Shown here: piece after piece, positions 18,624 to 27,999 of the stretch
Position numbering within the stretch: the stretch's first letter is position 1
Layout of the letters: every line of letters begins with the position of its first letter
NCBI GenBank assembly: GCA_031430855.1
Contig: JANPCG010000006.1
Span: forward strand, 2,531-66,530
Direction of reading: 5' to 3'
Origin: Candidatus Kaiserbacteria bacterium
GTDB taxonomy: Bacteria; Patescibacteriota; Minisyncoccia; Phycocordibacterales; UBA918
Length of the DNA: 64,000 nt
Position numbers and translations under genes: made by a program
Notes under the pieces: generated by a model
Database searches by the model: none
What the model saw: only the letters and a program-made list of their open reading frames with translations
What the model was told of the DNA's origin: nothing

Positions 18624-19220
18624 ATGTACTCGTATCGGATTGAACAAGCTATTCGGGCCGCAGCCGTCCTCCACCGGGACCAAACTCGCAAGGGATCGAT
18701 GCCCTTTCCGTACGTAACGCATCTTTTTTCAGTTGCGACGATACTCCCTGACTACACCAACGACGAAGACGTGATCATTGCTGCCTTACTTCATGACACA
18801 ATTGAAGACACCGATTACACGCCAGAGGAACTCGAAGAAGACTTTGGCGGCCGCGTGCGCGAAATTGTTGACACGCTCACTGAACCTAAAATGAATGGGG
18901 AACGAAAGTTGTCCTGGAATGAAAGTAAGACAGCCTATGCCAAACAACTCAAAAATGGACCAAGGGAAGCGGCTTTGATTGCTGCCGTTGATAAGATTCA
19001 CAATTTTCGGACCTCTGTTGAGGAATATTATGACGATCATAATCGTTTCCTCCAAGACTTTGGTAAAAACTTGGATGAGCGGATCGAGGTATATCAAAAT
19101 ATTGCGAACGTCATCAATCACCGTTTAGAGGGACCAATCCTGAACGAATTTAATCATGTCTTTGACGAATACAAGAATTTCATTTATGCCATCAAACAAG
19201 CACAAGAAGTCCGGTTTTAA
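18624..19220 (+). CDS. HD-domain protein, RelA/SpoT hydrolase (Mesh1/SAH)-like
   Basis: H.DQTRK...PYVTH, AALLHDTIEDT, FG..V..IV..LT, DKIHN. Confidence 0.88.
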   Translation: MYSYRIEQAIRAAAVLHRDQTRKGSMPFPYVTHLFSVATILPDYTNDEDVIIAALLHDTIEDTDYTPEELEEDFGGRVREIVDTLTEPKMNGERKLSWNESKTAYAKQLKNGPREAALIAAVDKIHNFRTSVEEYYDDHNRFLQDFGKNLDERIEVYQNIANVINHRLEGPILNEFNHVFDEYKNFIYAIKQAQEVRF

Positions 19221-21024
19221 CTACACTCCCCAGAATTCTGCCCCTGCAATAGGCGACTTCAAAACTGAATGGGATCTCAAAAATCTTTATTATAAATCTG
19301 AGTCTGATCCGCACATAGAAAAGGATGTCGTAGCGATTGAGACGGCCTACCGAGTTTTTGCAAAAAAATATGCTGGCAAAGATTTCACGAGTACCCCTGA
19401 GAAACTAGCGGCTGCACTTAAAGCCTACGACGCCCTGATGGACATTCCTTCGAGTAAGCCGATTTTATATTTCTGGTACCGTAATACGCTCGATGCGAAC
19501 GATGAGAAGGCAGAACAGCAGATTAATCTCCTCAGTGACCGTTTAACAAAAGTGGGGAACTTAACGATTTTCTTTAGTCTCGCCATTGGAAAAATCACCA
19601 AGAAAAACCAGGCGACCTATCTTAAGCATCCAAAACTCCAAGCACACCAGTACCTCTTGGAGCGGATTTTCCTCACCGCCAAGCACACCCTCACCGAAGC
19701 TGAGGAAAAAATCCTTAATCTCAAAGCGGCGCCGGCGCGTAGTATGTGGATTGCGGCTACCGATAAAATCGTTAATAAACGAACTATCACGTACAAAAAG
19801 AAAAACATTCCGTTAAATGAGGCAATTGAAAAAGTATCAGCGATTCCTGTTAAAGAAAGACCGGTGTTATGGAATATTGTTCGTACGGAAATTAAAGCCT
19901 TAGCTGAATTTGCCGAGCCGGAATTAAATGCCGTCGTAACTGACAAAAAAATTAACGATGAATTACGTGGGTACACCAAAGCGTACGAATCAAAAGTCCA
20001 AGGGAACGAAAACGATCTCCGTAGTGTCGAAGCATTGGTCGAATCAATTAGTGACAAAGGGTTTGCTCTTAGTCGCAAATTTTATGAACTCAAAGCGAAA
20101 GCACATGGAGTAACAGCGCTTCCGTACGCCTCAAAGTACGACCCGATTGGTCACGAGCCAGTCATTCCATTCAAAGAAGCCGTCGATATCTGCCGAGATG
20201 TGTTCTATGGGGTCAAAAATGAGTATGGAGCGTTTTTTGATAACATGTTGGAGAATGGACACATTGACGTCTATCCAAAGCCGGGACGCAGTGGTGGTGC
20301 CTTTATGTCGAGCGATACTGGGGTACCGACAGTGGTATTTCTGAATCACGTTGATAACTTTAAATCACTCGAGACTCTAGCGCACGAAATGGGACACGCC
20401 TTGCATACCGCCCGCACCAAAACGGCCCAACCGGTGCGTTACCAAGGCTATTCACTCACGACCGCCGAGACGGCGAGTACGCTTTTTGAGAACCTGGTAT
20501 TTGATGCCGTCTACGCTCAGTCTGATGCTGCAACGAAACTTAATTTAATGCATGATCGACTCGTGCGTGACATTTCGACAATTCAACGACAGATTGCCTT
20601 CTTCAACTTTGAAACTGAGATGCACACCTTAATTCGAACCCAAGGGGCAGCGAGTAAAGAAGAACTGGCAGCACTCTTAACCAAACAACTACGCGCCCAT
20701 CTCGGCAAAGGTGTGAGCGTTGATGATGATGACGGATACTCATACGTATACATCGGACACTTCCGTTCAATGTTTTATGTCTACACCTATGCCTATGGTC
20801 TCCTAATGAGTAATCTCATGATTCAAGAGTACCGCGCGGATAAAAACTATGTCAATAAGATTGATCAGTTCCTCCAAAGCGGCGGTAACAGTACGGTTGA
20901 ACAGATCTTCAAGAGTATTGGCATTGATGCCTACAAAACCGCTACATTTGAAGCCAGTTTGGGCAATATTGCCGACAATGTCACAGAATTTGGGCGCCTG
21001 ATCAAAAAACAGCCACTAGTGTAA
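19186..21024 (+). CDS. pepF: Oligoendopeptidase F (peptidase M3B)
   Basis: WDL..LY, GRSGGAF, TLAHEMGHALH, AETASTLFE, FYVYTYAYG. Confidence 0.9.
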   Translation: MPSNKHKKSGFNYTPQNSAPAIGDFKTEWDLKNLYYKSESDPHIEKDVVAIETAYRVFAKKYAGKDFTSTPEKLAAALKAYDALMDIPSSKPILYFWYRNTLDANDEKAEQQINLLSDRLTKVGNLTIFFSLAIGKITKKNQATYLKHPKLQAHQYLLERIFLTAKHTLTEAEEKILNLKAAPARSMWIAATDKIVNKRTITYKKKNIPLNEAIEKVSAIPVKERPVLWNIVRTEIKALAEFAEPELNAVVTDKKINDELRGYTKAYESKVQGNENDLRSVEALVESISDKGFALSRKFYELKAKAHGVTALPYASKYDPIGHEPVIPFKEAVDICRDVFYGVKNEYGAFFDNMLENGHIDVYPKPGRSGGAFMSSDTGVPTVVFLNHVDNFKSLETLAHEMGHALHTARTKTAQPVRYQGYSLTTAETASTLFENLVFDAVYAQSDAATKLNLMHDRLVRDISTIQRQIAFFNFETEMHTLIRTQGAASKEELAALLTKQLRAHLGKGVSVDDDDGYSYVYIGHFRSMFYVYTYAYGLLMSNLMIQEYRADKNYVNKIDQFLQSGGNSTVEQIFKSIGIDAYKTATFEASLGNIADNVTEFGRLIKKQPLV

Positions 21025-21054
21025 TTCACAAATCTAGGGAATATCGTTTAACAA

Positions 21055-21144
21055 ATAGGAGGCAGGACCTCCTACTTACTGTAAAGAAGCCATGTTCAAA
21101 AACATCATACTATCAAGTAGGAGGTCCTGCCTCCTACTTGATAG
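21055..21144. repeat. Inverted doublet of REP-like palindromes (REPIN-like)
   Basis: taggaggcaggacctcctact (from 21056) and its reverse complement inside ctatcaagtaggaggtcctgcctcctacttgatag (21110..21144). Confidence 0.8.
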
Positions 21145-21213
21145 AAGTGCACAACTCGCCAATTATCGAGGATTTGCTATAGTACAGATTCATTAATCGG
21201 TAATTTATTTTGT

Positions 21214-23160
21214 ATGGGGGGAAATGACATTCGAGAAAAATATCTAGCTTTTATGGCCCAAAACGGCCACGCTATTATCCCGTCTGCGGCCCTTGTCCCC
21301 GAAAACGATCCAACCACCCTGTTTACCGGGAGTGGTATGCAGCCACTGATTCCATACCTAATGGGAGAACCACATCCAAAGGGGGTTCGTCTGACCGACT
21401 CCCAAAAGAGTTTCCGTGCGAACGACATCGAAGAAGTAGGGGACAATCGTCATACCACCTTCTTTGAAATGCTTGGTAACTGGTCTTTAGGTGACTACTT
21501 CAAAAAGGAACAGCTTCGATACTTTTTTTCATTTTTAGTTGATGAAGTCGGGCTTGATCCGGCACGAATTTACGTTACCGTGTTTGCTGGTGATGAATCA
21601 CTCGGTATTCCACGTGACGATGAATCGGTTGCCATCTGGAAAGAACTATTTGCTGAACGCGGCATTGAGGCCAAGGATGTCTTTATTGGAAGCGAAGAAG
21701 ACGGCTACCAAGTCGGAATGCAGGGTGGTCAGATTTTCTACTATGATGCAGCGAAGAACTGGTGGAGCCGCTCGGGTAAGCCTGCTAACATGCCCGCCGG
21801 GGAGATTGGCGGACCCGACAGTGAAGTGTTCTATGACTTTGGCCCAGAACATGCGACCCACCCAGTGTATGGAAGTCTAGCGGCGCACCCAAACAGCGAT
21901 TCCGGACAATTTCTTGAAATCGGTAACTCTGTGTTTATTGAGTACGTCAAACAACCTGATGGTTCATTTACGAAACTACCACAACGTAACGTGGACTTTG
22001 GTGGGGGACTCGAGCGTATTGCAGCCGCAAAAGTTGGTGACCCTGATGTATTTAAAGTTGACCTCTTAAAGACTGTTGTTAGTCAAATTGAAGACCTCTC
22101 AGATAAAAAATATGAAGATGAGCTCATTGCCTTCCGAGTGATTACTGACCACATACGCGGGGCAGTGTTCTTGATTGGTGATGGAGTACTGCCAGGTAAT
22201 TCAGATCAGGGATATTTCGTGCGTCGACTACTGAGGCGAGCTGTTCGTTATGCCGATAAAATCAATATTCCGGCTGGTAAATTCGCTCAGTTATCAGAAA
22301 GTGTGATTTCGACATACGAAGTGCACTACCGTAATTTAACTGAGAAGCGGACTGAAATCATTGAAGCAATCAGTAAAGAAGAGGAGCAATTCCGCAAGAC
22401 CCTTGAGAGTGGACTGAAGCAATTTAACAAAGTCTCGCTCCAGATTCATGTCAGCAGCACCGAAATAGACGGTAAAAAAGTCATTGATAAAAGCGTTAAC
22501 CCAATCACTAAACAAGCCATTAGTGCCCAAAATGCATTTGACCTCTACACCACTTACGGATTCCCGATTGAAGTAACTGAAGAAATTGCCGCCGAGAAGG
22601 GGCTTATCGTTGAGCGAGTAGGGTTTGAAAAACTGATGGAAGAGCACCGCAACCTCTCGCGCGCTGGAGCTGAACAGAAATTCAAAGGGGGACTAGCAGA
22701 CAATTCAGAGACGGTCGTACGTTACCACAGTGCAACCCACCTGATGCTCGCGGGACTCAGACAGATTTTAGGGACTCACGTCCACCAAGCCGGATCAAAC
22801 ATTACAGGCGAACGACTTCGTTACGACTTTACACATGGTGACAAAATGACACCGGAACAAATTGCTGCCGTTGAGGCGTTTGTAAACAACGCCATTAAAC
22901 AAGGTGGTGCGGTAACGATAGATATGATGGCAAAATCCGAAGCCGAAACCGACCCCACTATTGAAGCCAGTTTCTGGGACCGCTATCCAGACGAAGTAAA
23001 GGTCTATACCATGACGGGAACAGATGGAACAATTCTCTCACGCGAACTTTGTGGCGGTCCACATGTAGAAAAATTAGAGGATATCAATGGTACTTTTAAA
23101 ATTACGAAAGAAGAATCCTCTTCGGCGGGGGTACGACGCATCAAAGCAATCTTGGAATAA
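21214..23160 (+). CDS. alaS: Alanine--tRNA ligase, lacking C-Ala domain
   Basis: DPTTLFTGSGMQ, HTTFFEMLGNWS.GDYFK, DFGGGLER, editing HSATH/ELCGGPHV; ends at GVRRIKA. Confidence 0.97.
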   Translation: MGGNDIREKYLAFMAQNGHAIIPSAALVPENDPTTLFTGSGMQPLIPYLMGEPHPKGVRLTDSQKSFRANDIEEVGDNRHTTFFEMLGNWSLGDYFKKEQLRYFFSFLVDEVGLDPARIYVTVFAGDESLGIPRDDESVAIWKELFAERGIEAKDVFIGSEEDGYQVGMQGGQIFYYDAAKNWWSRSGKPANMPAGEIGGPDSEVFYDFGPEHATHPVYGSLAAHPNSDSGQFLEIGNSVFIEYVKQPDGSFTKLPQRNVDFGGGLERIAAAKVGDPDVFKVDLLKTVVSQIEDLSDKKYEDELIAFRVITDHIRGAVFLIGDGVLPGNSDQGYFVRRLLRRAVRYADKINIPAGKFAQLSESVISTYEVHYRNLTEKRTEIIEAISKEEEQFRKTLESGLKQFNKVSLQIHVSSTEIDGKKVIDKSVNPITKQAISAQNAFDLYTTYGFPIEVTEEIAAEKGLIVERVGFEKLMEEHRNLSRAGAEQKFKGGLADNSETVVRYHSATHLMLAGLRQILGTHVHQAGSNITGERLRYDFTHGDKMTPEQIAAVEAFVNNAIKQGGAVTIDMMAKSEAETDPTIEASFWDRYPDEVKVYTMTGTDGTILSRELCGGPHVEKLEDINGTFKITKEESSSAGVRRIKAILE

Positions 23161-23162
23161 GC

Positions 23163-23282
23163 GAACTTCTAAAAACGAGCGGTTTTTTTGTTGTACTTCG
23201 CAAAATTAATTTCCCCGTATATTAAATACGCATCAAATAATTTTTCTTGTACGCCTCGAAACCACTTCGTTTTAAAAAGTTC
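23163..23282. repeat. Long-hairpin element, copy 3 (degenerate)
   Basis: Outer stem gaacttctaaaaacgagcggtt / aaccacttcgttttaaaaagttc; apical cgtat-atta-aatacg. Confidence 0.55.
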
Positions 23283-23342
23283 TCTGACTCGAATCATTTA
23301 ATATTACTTTGCAATCCATTTTAATGATTTGAAATAGGGGAC

Positions 23343-23373
23343 AGCAAAGCGCCAGTACTACTGGCGCTTTGCT
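23343..23373. terminator. Hairpin overlapping the promoter of the next gene
   Basis: agcaaagcgccagta-c-tactggcgctttgct. Confidence 0.5.
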
Positions 23374-23378
23374 ATACT

Positions 23379-24620
23379 ATGGGGGTTATGAAGTTATTTA
23401 GTTCTTCACCAGAATCCATTCGTTATGGTGCTGTCATTGATATAGGATCAGGGAGTGTCCTCGTATCGATTGTGAAGTCAGACCCTACCATGCATCACCC
23501 CATCGTTATTTGGGCTAAACGTGAGTACGCCGTCAATCAAACAAAAACTGACGCTGTGCAAAGTGCCAAAGGCGTTATGACTGCCCTAATGAATAGCGTC
23601 TTATTAATAGACAGTGAAGGACTTAGGGTACTTAAATCACGTGAGCCCGGAGCAAAACTACGCTCAATGCAAGTCTCTATCTGTGCCCCCTGGTCGTACA
23701 CCATCACCAAGGTCATTAACTATTCTGAAGAGAAGGATTTTACTGTTACGAATGCGTTACTGGAGAGCCTCATGGACGCCGCCCAAAAGAAAATTACTGA
23801 AGAACTCAAAGAAAACGAGCTTGCGAGTGATCTGGGTCTTACTATCATGACTCGGGCCACCACAGATATTTTAGCGAACGACTACAAAACTGCTTCGCCA
23901 ATCGGACAAAAAGTAAGTACCCTCACTCTCACTCAAGTCAGTGCGGTAGCGCAAGCGTATCTAACTGAAGCAATTGGTGATCTTCAGAACAAAGTTCTTC
24001 CCCAAGCAGACTTAGAACGCTACTCATTCATGCTGATGTTCCACTGCATTATTCGCGACCTCCATCACCAGATGACGGAGTATTGTTTAGTTGATATCAC
24101 CTTTGAAGCCACCGAGATTGGAATTGTACGGGGCGGTATTTTACGTTACTGCACCCACGCTACTGCAGGCATTAGTACGATAGCCCGTAAAGTAGCTGCC
24201 GCTCTTGATATTCCACTAGCAGAGGCATATACGTTCTTAAAAGAGCCGTACCATACCAAAGCCATGGAAACGTTAAGTGAAACACGACGTAACTCAGTCG
24301 AAGAGATTTTGATAGAATATCGTAACGCTATTTCTTCACTCTTTCACGAAACAGGGGATAGTTTATCAATCCCTAAAGTACTGTTTCTCCACGGCGGACA
24401 GGAGACCGAGGCATTTTTTATGCGCCAAGTTGATATTGCTGCTCGTAACGCGACGCAATCAGTCCACACTACCCACCTGGTAACTGAAGAACTACTGACT
24501 GAACACTACTCACCGGCAGAGAAGGCCGCACTGACCGCAGAAGCACCCGACACGGCACTTCTGGTAGCGGCCCAGTTTTTCCACAAACAACACCATTGCA
24601 GTGAATTTATTCAAGTCTAA
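23379..24620 (+). CDS. Divergent FtsA/PilM-like actin-fold protein
   Basis: AVIDIGSGSV phosphate-1 loop, LVDITFEATEI phosphate-2-like motif, LHGG. Confidence 0.7.
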   Translation: MGVMKLFSSSPESIRYGAVIDIGSGSVLVSIVKSDPTMHHPIVIWAKREYAVNQTKTDAVQSAKGVMTALMNSVLLIDSEGLRVLKSREPGAKLRSMQVSICAPWSYTITKVINYSEEKDFTVTNALLESLMDAAQKKITEELKENELASDLGLTIMTRATTDILANDYKTASPIGQKVSTLTLTQVSAVAQAYLTEAIGDLQNKVLPQADLERYSFMLMFHCIIRDLHHQMTEYCLVDITFEATEIGIVRGGILRYCTHATAGISTIARKVAAALDIPLAEAYTFLKEPYHTKAMETLSETRRNSVEEILIEYRNAISSLFHETGDSLSIPKVLFLHGGQETEAFFMRQVDIAARNATQSVHTTHLVTEELLTEHYSPAEKAALTAEAPDTALLVAAQFFHKQHHCSEFIQV

Positions 24621-24644
24621 GCAGCTATACTGTATACTAGTACT

Positions 24645-26042
24645 ATGACACAAAAATGGAATCTACAGGACATTCGTCCAGCCCAACCACGTGAGCGACG
24701 ACCAAGTGAGATGCCACCAAAGATGGAATCTAATCGTCCTTCGGCAACACCAACATTACGACAGCCAGCACGACCAGCACGAGATGCAGAAGAACTACCG
24801 GAAGTATTTTCTGACGAAGAGGAAGGCCGCATTCCGGTTATAAACGGTAACAAAAAAAGCCGTAGCCAACTGATTGTTGGAGTCATTATTGCTGCCCTCG
24901 TCATCGGTACCGGGATAGGTATCAGCGCACTTACAGGTGGTGCTACCGTGACCCTTGAACCAAAAGTCCGTGAATTGAATGTAAACGCAGAATTTACTGC
25001 GTACAGTGAACCAAAAGCTGGTGAGTTGAGTTACGAAATCATGACCCTTGAAGCAACTGACGAGAGTCAAGTAAAAGCCAGCGGCCAAGAAACCGTAACA
25101 ACCCAAGCGACCGGCGAAATCGAAATCTCGAAAGCGACCGCTGGAGCTGAACGATTGATTAAAAATACTCGCTTCCAAACTGCAGATGGATTAGTATTCC
25201 GCATTCAAGAATCGGTGGTTGTACCAGGGGCCCTCAAAGACGCGGGTGGTACACTTGTTCCCGGCAGCACCCGAGCGCAGGTATTTGCTGACGAAGCAGG
25301 AGATAAGCACAATGTAGCTGCCGGAACCGTGATGAATGTTCCTGGCTTTAAAGAAGGTGGATTTACAGACTTATATAATGCCATTACAGCTAAAAATACC
25401 GCCGCTTTTACGAACGGTTTTAATGGACCAAAATTTATCATTAACGAAGGCGAGCTAAGTACGGCGAGACAGTCTCTCCAACTCAATCTTAGAAACCAGC
25501 TCCTGGCTAAAGTCGCCGCTGAACGACCCGCTGATTTCACTACTTTTGATTCTGCCATCGCTATTACCTATACCGAACTACCTCCCGTTCAATCGGGTGA
25601 TGATCTTGTAACTATCAGGGAACAAGCCATTTTGCAGATTCCACTTTTCAAGAAAACTGACTTTGCCGCCTTCCTAGCTCAAGAAACTGATGTAGCCTAC
25701 GATGGCGACCCCGTTCGTATTGATAACATTAATAATCTTACCTTCAGCTATCTCTCTGCAACCACGAGCCAGAACAATATTGCCAATCTCGAAACACTCC
25801 AATTCAAAATTGCAGGTGTTCCAAAAATTGTTTCGACCGTTGATGCAGAACGAATGAAAGCTGAACTATTAGGTATGGAGAAAACTGCCCTTCAGGGTGT
25901 CCTCAGTAAGTATAAAGGTATTGTCCGCGGAGAAGTCGAAGTTCGTCCATTCTGGAAACGCACCTTCCCAACAAGCCTAAATGATATAATCATTGAAGAA
26001 CGATTCGCGGGAGAATCAGAAGCGAGACAGCTTTCTAAGTAA
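24645..26042 (+). CDS. Membrane-anchored baseplate-J-like protein
   Basis: Disordered N-terminus, single TM, ATGEIEI..LIKNTRF...G.VFR, V.ADEAG..N, and C-terminal V.PFW...P. Confidence 0.65.
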   Translation: MTQKWNLQDIRPAQPRERRPSEMPPKMESNRPSATPTLRQPARPARDAEELPEVFSDEEEGRIPVINGNKKSRSQLIVGVIIAALVIGTGIGISALTGGATVTLEPKVRELNVNAEFTAYSEPKAGELSYEIMTLEATDESQVKASGQETVTTQATGEIEISKATAGAERLIKNTRFQTADGLVFRIQESVVVPGALKDAGGTLVPGSTRAQVFADEAGDKHNVAAGTVMNVPGFKEGGFTDLYNAITAKNTAAFTNGFNGPKFIINEGELSTARQSLQLNLRNQLLAKVAAERPADFTTFDSAIAITYTELPPVQSGDDLVTIREQAILQIPLFKKTDFAAFLAQETDVAYDGDPVRIDNINNLTFSYLSATTSQNNIANLETLQFKIAGVPKIVSTVDAERMKAELLGMEKTALQGVLSKYKGIVRGEVEVRPFWKRTFPTSLNDIIIEERFAGESEARQLSK

Positions 26043-26100
26043 AAATACTGGTACCGTGTCTAAAAAACCACATTATAAACAGCTACTAAGTGCTCTTTAT

Positions 26101-26129
26101 TTGACTATATGCGATTCTTTTGCTAAACT
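26101..26129 (+). promoter_or_regulatory. Sigma70-type promoter of the infA-alpha operon
   Basis: TTGACT-17 nt-TAAACT with extended TG. Confidence 0.65.
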
Positions 26130-26141
26130 CATGCCCGTCTA

Positions 26142-26369
26142 ATGGACCAGCCAGAATTATCAACAAAAGATGACCTCGTGTACGGTGTCGTAGAGGAAGC
26201 TCTCCCGAACGCCCTTTTTCGTGTCATACGAGATGACACCGGGGAATCTCTAATTGCCTATCTAGCTGGCAAGATGCGACGGTTCAGAATCAGGGTTTTA
26301 GTTGGGGACAAAGTCGGTATGGTTATCGACCCCTACGGAGGAAAAGCACGAATTAGCAAACGAGTTTAA
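26142..26369 (+). CDS. infA: Translation initiation factor IF-1
   Basis: GVVEEALPNALFRV...AGKMRRFRIRVLVGDKV. Confidence 0.97.
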   Translation: MDQPELSTKDDLVYGVVEEALPNALFRVIRDDTGESLIAYLAGKMRRFRIRVLVGDKVGMVIDPYGGKARISKRV

Positions 26370-26379
26370 GTAACACAAC

Positions 26380-26496
26380 ATGAAAGTACGATCATCAGTT
26401 AAAAAAATGAGTCCAGATGATATCATCGTCAAGCGACGGGGTGTTGTGTTTGTTATTAATAAAAAGAAGCCCCGCCATAAGCAGCGACAAGGCTAA
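26380..26496 (+). CDS. rpmJ: 50S ribosomal protein L36, zinc-free type (absent from the ORF track)
   Basis: Translates to [38 protein letters not shown]; lies between infA and rpsM. Confidence 0.97.
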   Translation: MKVRSSVKKMSPDDIIVKRRGVVFVINKKKPRHKQRQG

Positions 26497-26507
26497 CTAT
26501 ATAGTGT

Positions 26508-26885
26508 ATGCGTATTTCAGGTATCAACATCCCCGATGACAAGCAGCTCGCCTACGGCTTAACTGCAGTGTTCGGTATAGGTCTCTCTCGAGCGAAGGAT
26601 ATTCTTTCGAGCCACAAGATTGAACACACCGCCAAGCCAACCACTCTCTCAACTGAGCAGGAAAATGCCGTTCGAGAAAGTGTTGAGGCTTTCACTATTG
26701 AAGGAGAACTCAAGCGATCAATCGCTGCTAATATCAAACGCCTTAAAGACATTGGTTCATACCGTGGCTCACGTCACTCAAAGCGTCTCCCAACACGTGG
26801 ACAGCGCACAAAGACCAATGCGCGAACTCTCAAGGGAGCGAAAAAGACTATGGGTAGTGGACGCCGTAAGCTCGAAAAGACTTAA
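26508..26885 (+). CDS. rpsM: 30S ribosomal protein S13
   Basis: MRISGINIP, IGSYRGSRH..LPTRGQRTKTNART. Confidence 0.98.
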   Translation: MRISGINIPDDKQLAYGLTAVFGIGLSRAKDILSSHKIEHTAKPTTLSTEQENAVRESVEAFTIEGELKRSIAANIKRLKDIGSYRGSRHSKRLPTRGQRTKTNARTLKGAKKTMGSGRRKLEKT

Positions 26886-26912
26886 CATTTATTAGCACTA
26901 ACGTAACGACAT

Positions 26913-27344
26913 ATGGGTAAGAAACGTACAGTAAAAAAGAGTGGGGGTTCAGATATCGCGGGTAGCTCTCGTGCATTGAACCGTATTCCGAAGCGAAAGG
27001 TTCCGGCCGGACGCTTAAACATTCTTGCGACTTTTAATAATACTCTTTTAACACTTTGTGATCCAAAAGGGAACGCAGTAATGAGTGCCAGTAGTGGAGC
27101 GCTTGGTTTTAAAGGATCTCGCAAGAGCACACCGTTTGCCGCTGCCAAAGTTGGTGAAATTATTGGTGAAAAAGCTCAGCAAATGGGAATGAAAGACGCT
27201 GAAGTAGTGGTTCGCGGAGTTGGCGCTGGTCGTGAATCAGCCCTCCGTGCATTCTCAGGAAAGGGAATTGGCATCACTCGGATTGTCGACATGACTCCTG
27301 TCCCCTTTAACGGTACCCGTCCACCAAAGCCACGACGCATTTAA
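26913..27344 (+). CDS. rpsK: 30S ribosomal protein S11
   Basis: ATFNNT, GFKGSRKSTPFAA, DMTPVPFNGTRPPKPRR. Confidence 0.98.
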   Translation: MGKKRTVKKSGGSDIAGSSRALNRIPKRKVPAGRLNILATFNNTLLTLCDPKGNAVMSASSGALGFKGSRKSTPFAAAKVGEIIGEKAQQMGMKDAEVVVRGVGAGRESALRAFSGKGIGITRIVDMTPVPFNGTRPPKPRRI

Positions 27345-27358
27345 TTTACTATTATCAT

Positions 27359-27964
27359 ATGAAAATCGGTCCTAAATACAAAATTGCCAAGCGTCTCGGC
27401 GCCCCAATTTTTGAAAAAACTCAAACTGCTAAGTTTGCACTTTCACAAGCTCGTGTTGGTCGTACGCGCAAGCGTGGCGGAATGGCGAGTGACTACAAAA
27501 AGCAACTCATCGAGAAACAAAAAATGCGTTTTACCTATGGTATTACTGAAAAGCAACTCAGTCGCTATGTAGCTGAAGCTACGACTTCAAGTCATCAGCC
27601 AATTGCGCTCTTGATCGAACGTTTAGAATCTCGTCTTGATAATGTAGTCTACCGCCTTGGTTTAGCTAAAACTCGTCGTTTTGCTCGTCAGATGGTTTCT
27701 CACGGTCACATCTTTGTAAATGGTCGTCGCCTTAATGTTCCGTCATACAAAGTCAAAGCAGGTGACGTTATAGCGGTACGTGAACAGAGTAAAGCAAGTG
27801 GACTCTTTACTATTCTTGCAGACTCACACGAGACACTCAGTGTCCCAAGTTGGCTTTCATTCGACATTAAGACAATGTCAGGCTCAGCAGTAGGCATGCC
27901 ATCATACGTGGCAACTGATCATATGTTTGATCCAGAACAGGTTCTCGAGTACTACAGTCGCTAG
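27359..27964 (+). CDS. rpsD: 30S ribosomal protein S4
   Basis: QLIEKQK, LESRLDNVVYRLG, ARQMVSHGH, EYYSR. Confidence 0.98.
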   Translation: MKIGPKYKIAKRLGAPIFEKTQTAKFALSQARVGRTRKRGGMASDYKKQLIEKQKMRFTYGITEKQLSRYVAEATTSSHQPIALLIERLESRLDNVVYRLGLAKTRRFARQMVSHGHIFVNGRRLNVPSYKVKAGDVIAVREQSKASGLFTILADSHETLSVPSWLSFDIKTMSGSAVGMPSYVATDHMFDPEQVLEYYSR

Positions 27965-27999
27965 GTACACACGGTTTATTAAAGTTTAAATTGAACACT

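Noticed and set aside
24645-26042. Prophage or contractile tail locus
   Set aside because: Single TM-anchored gene in core context; no sheath, tube or capsid genes.
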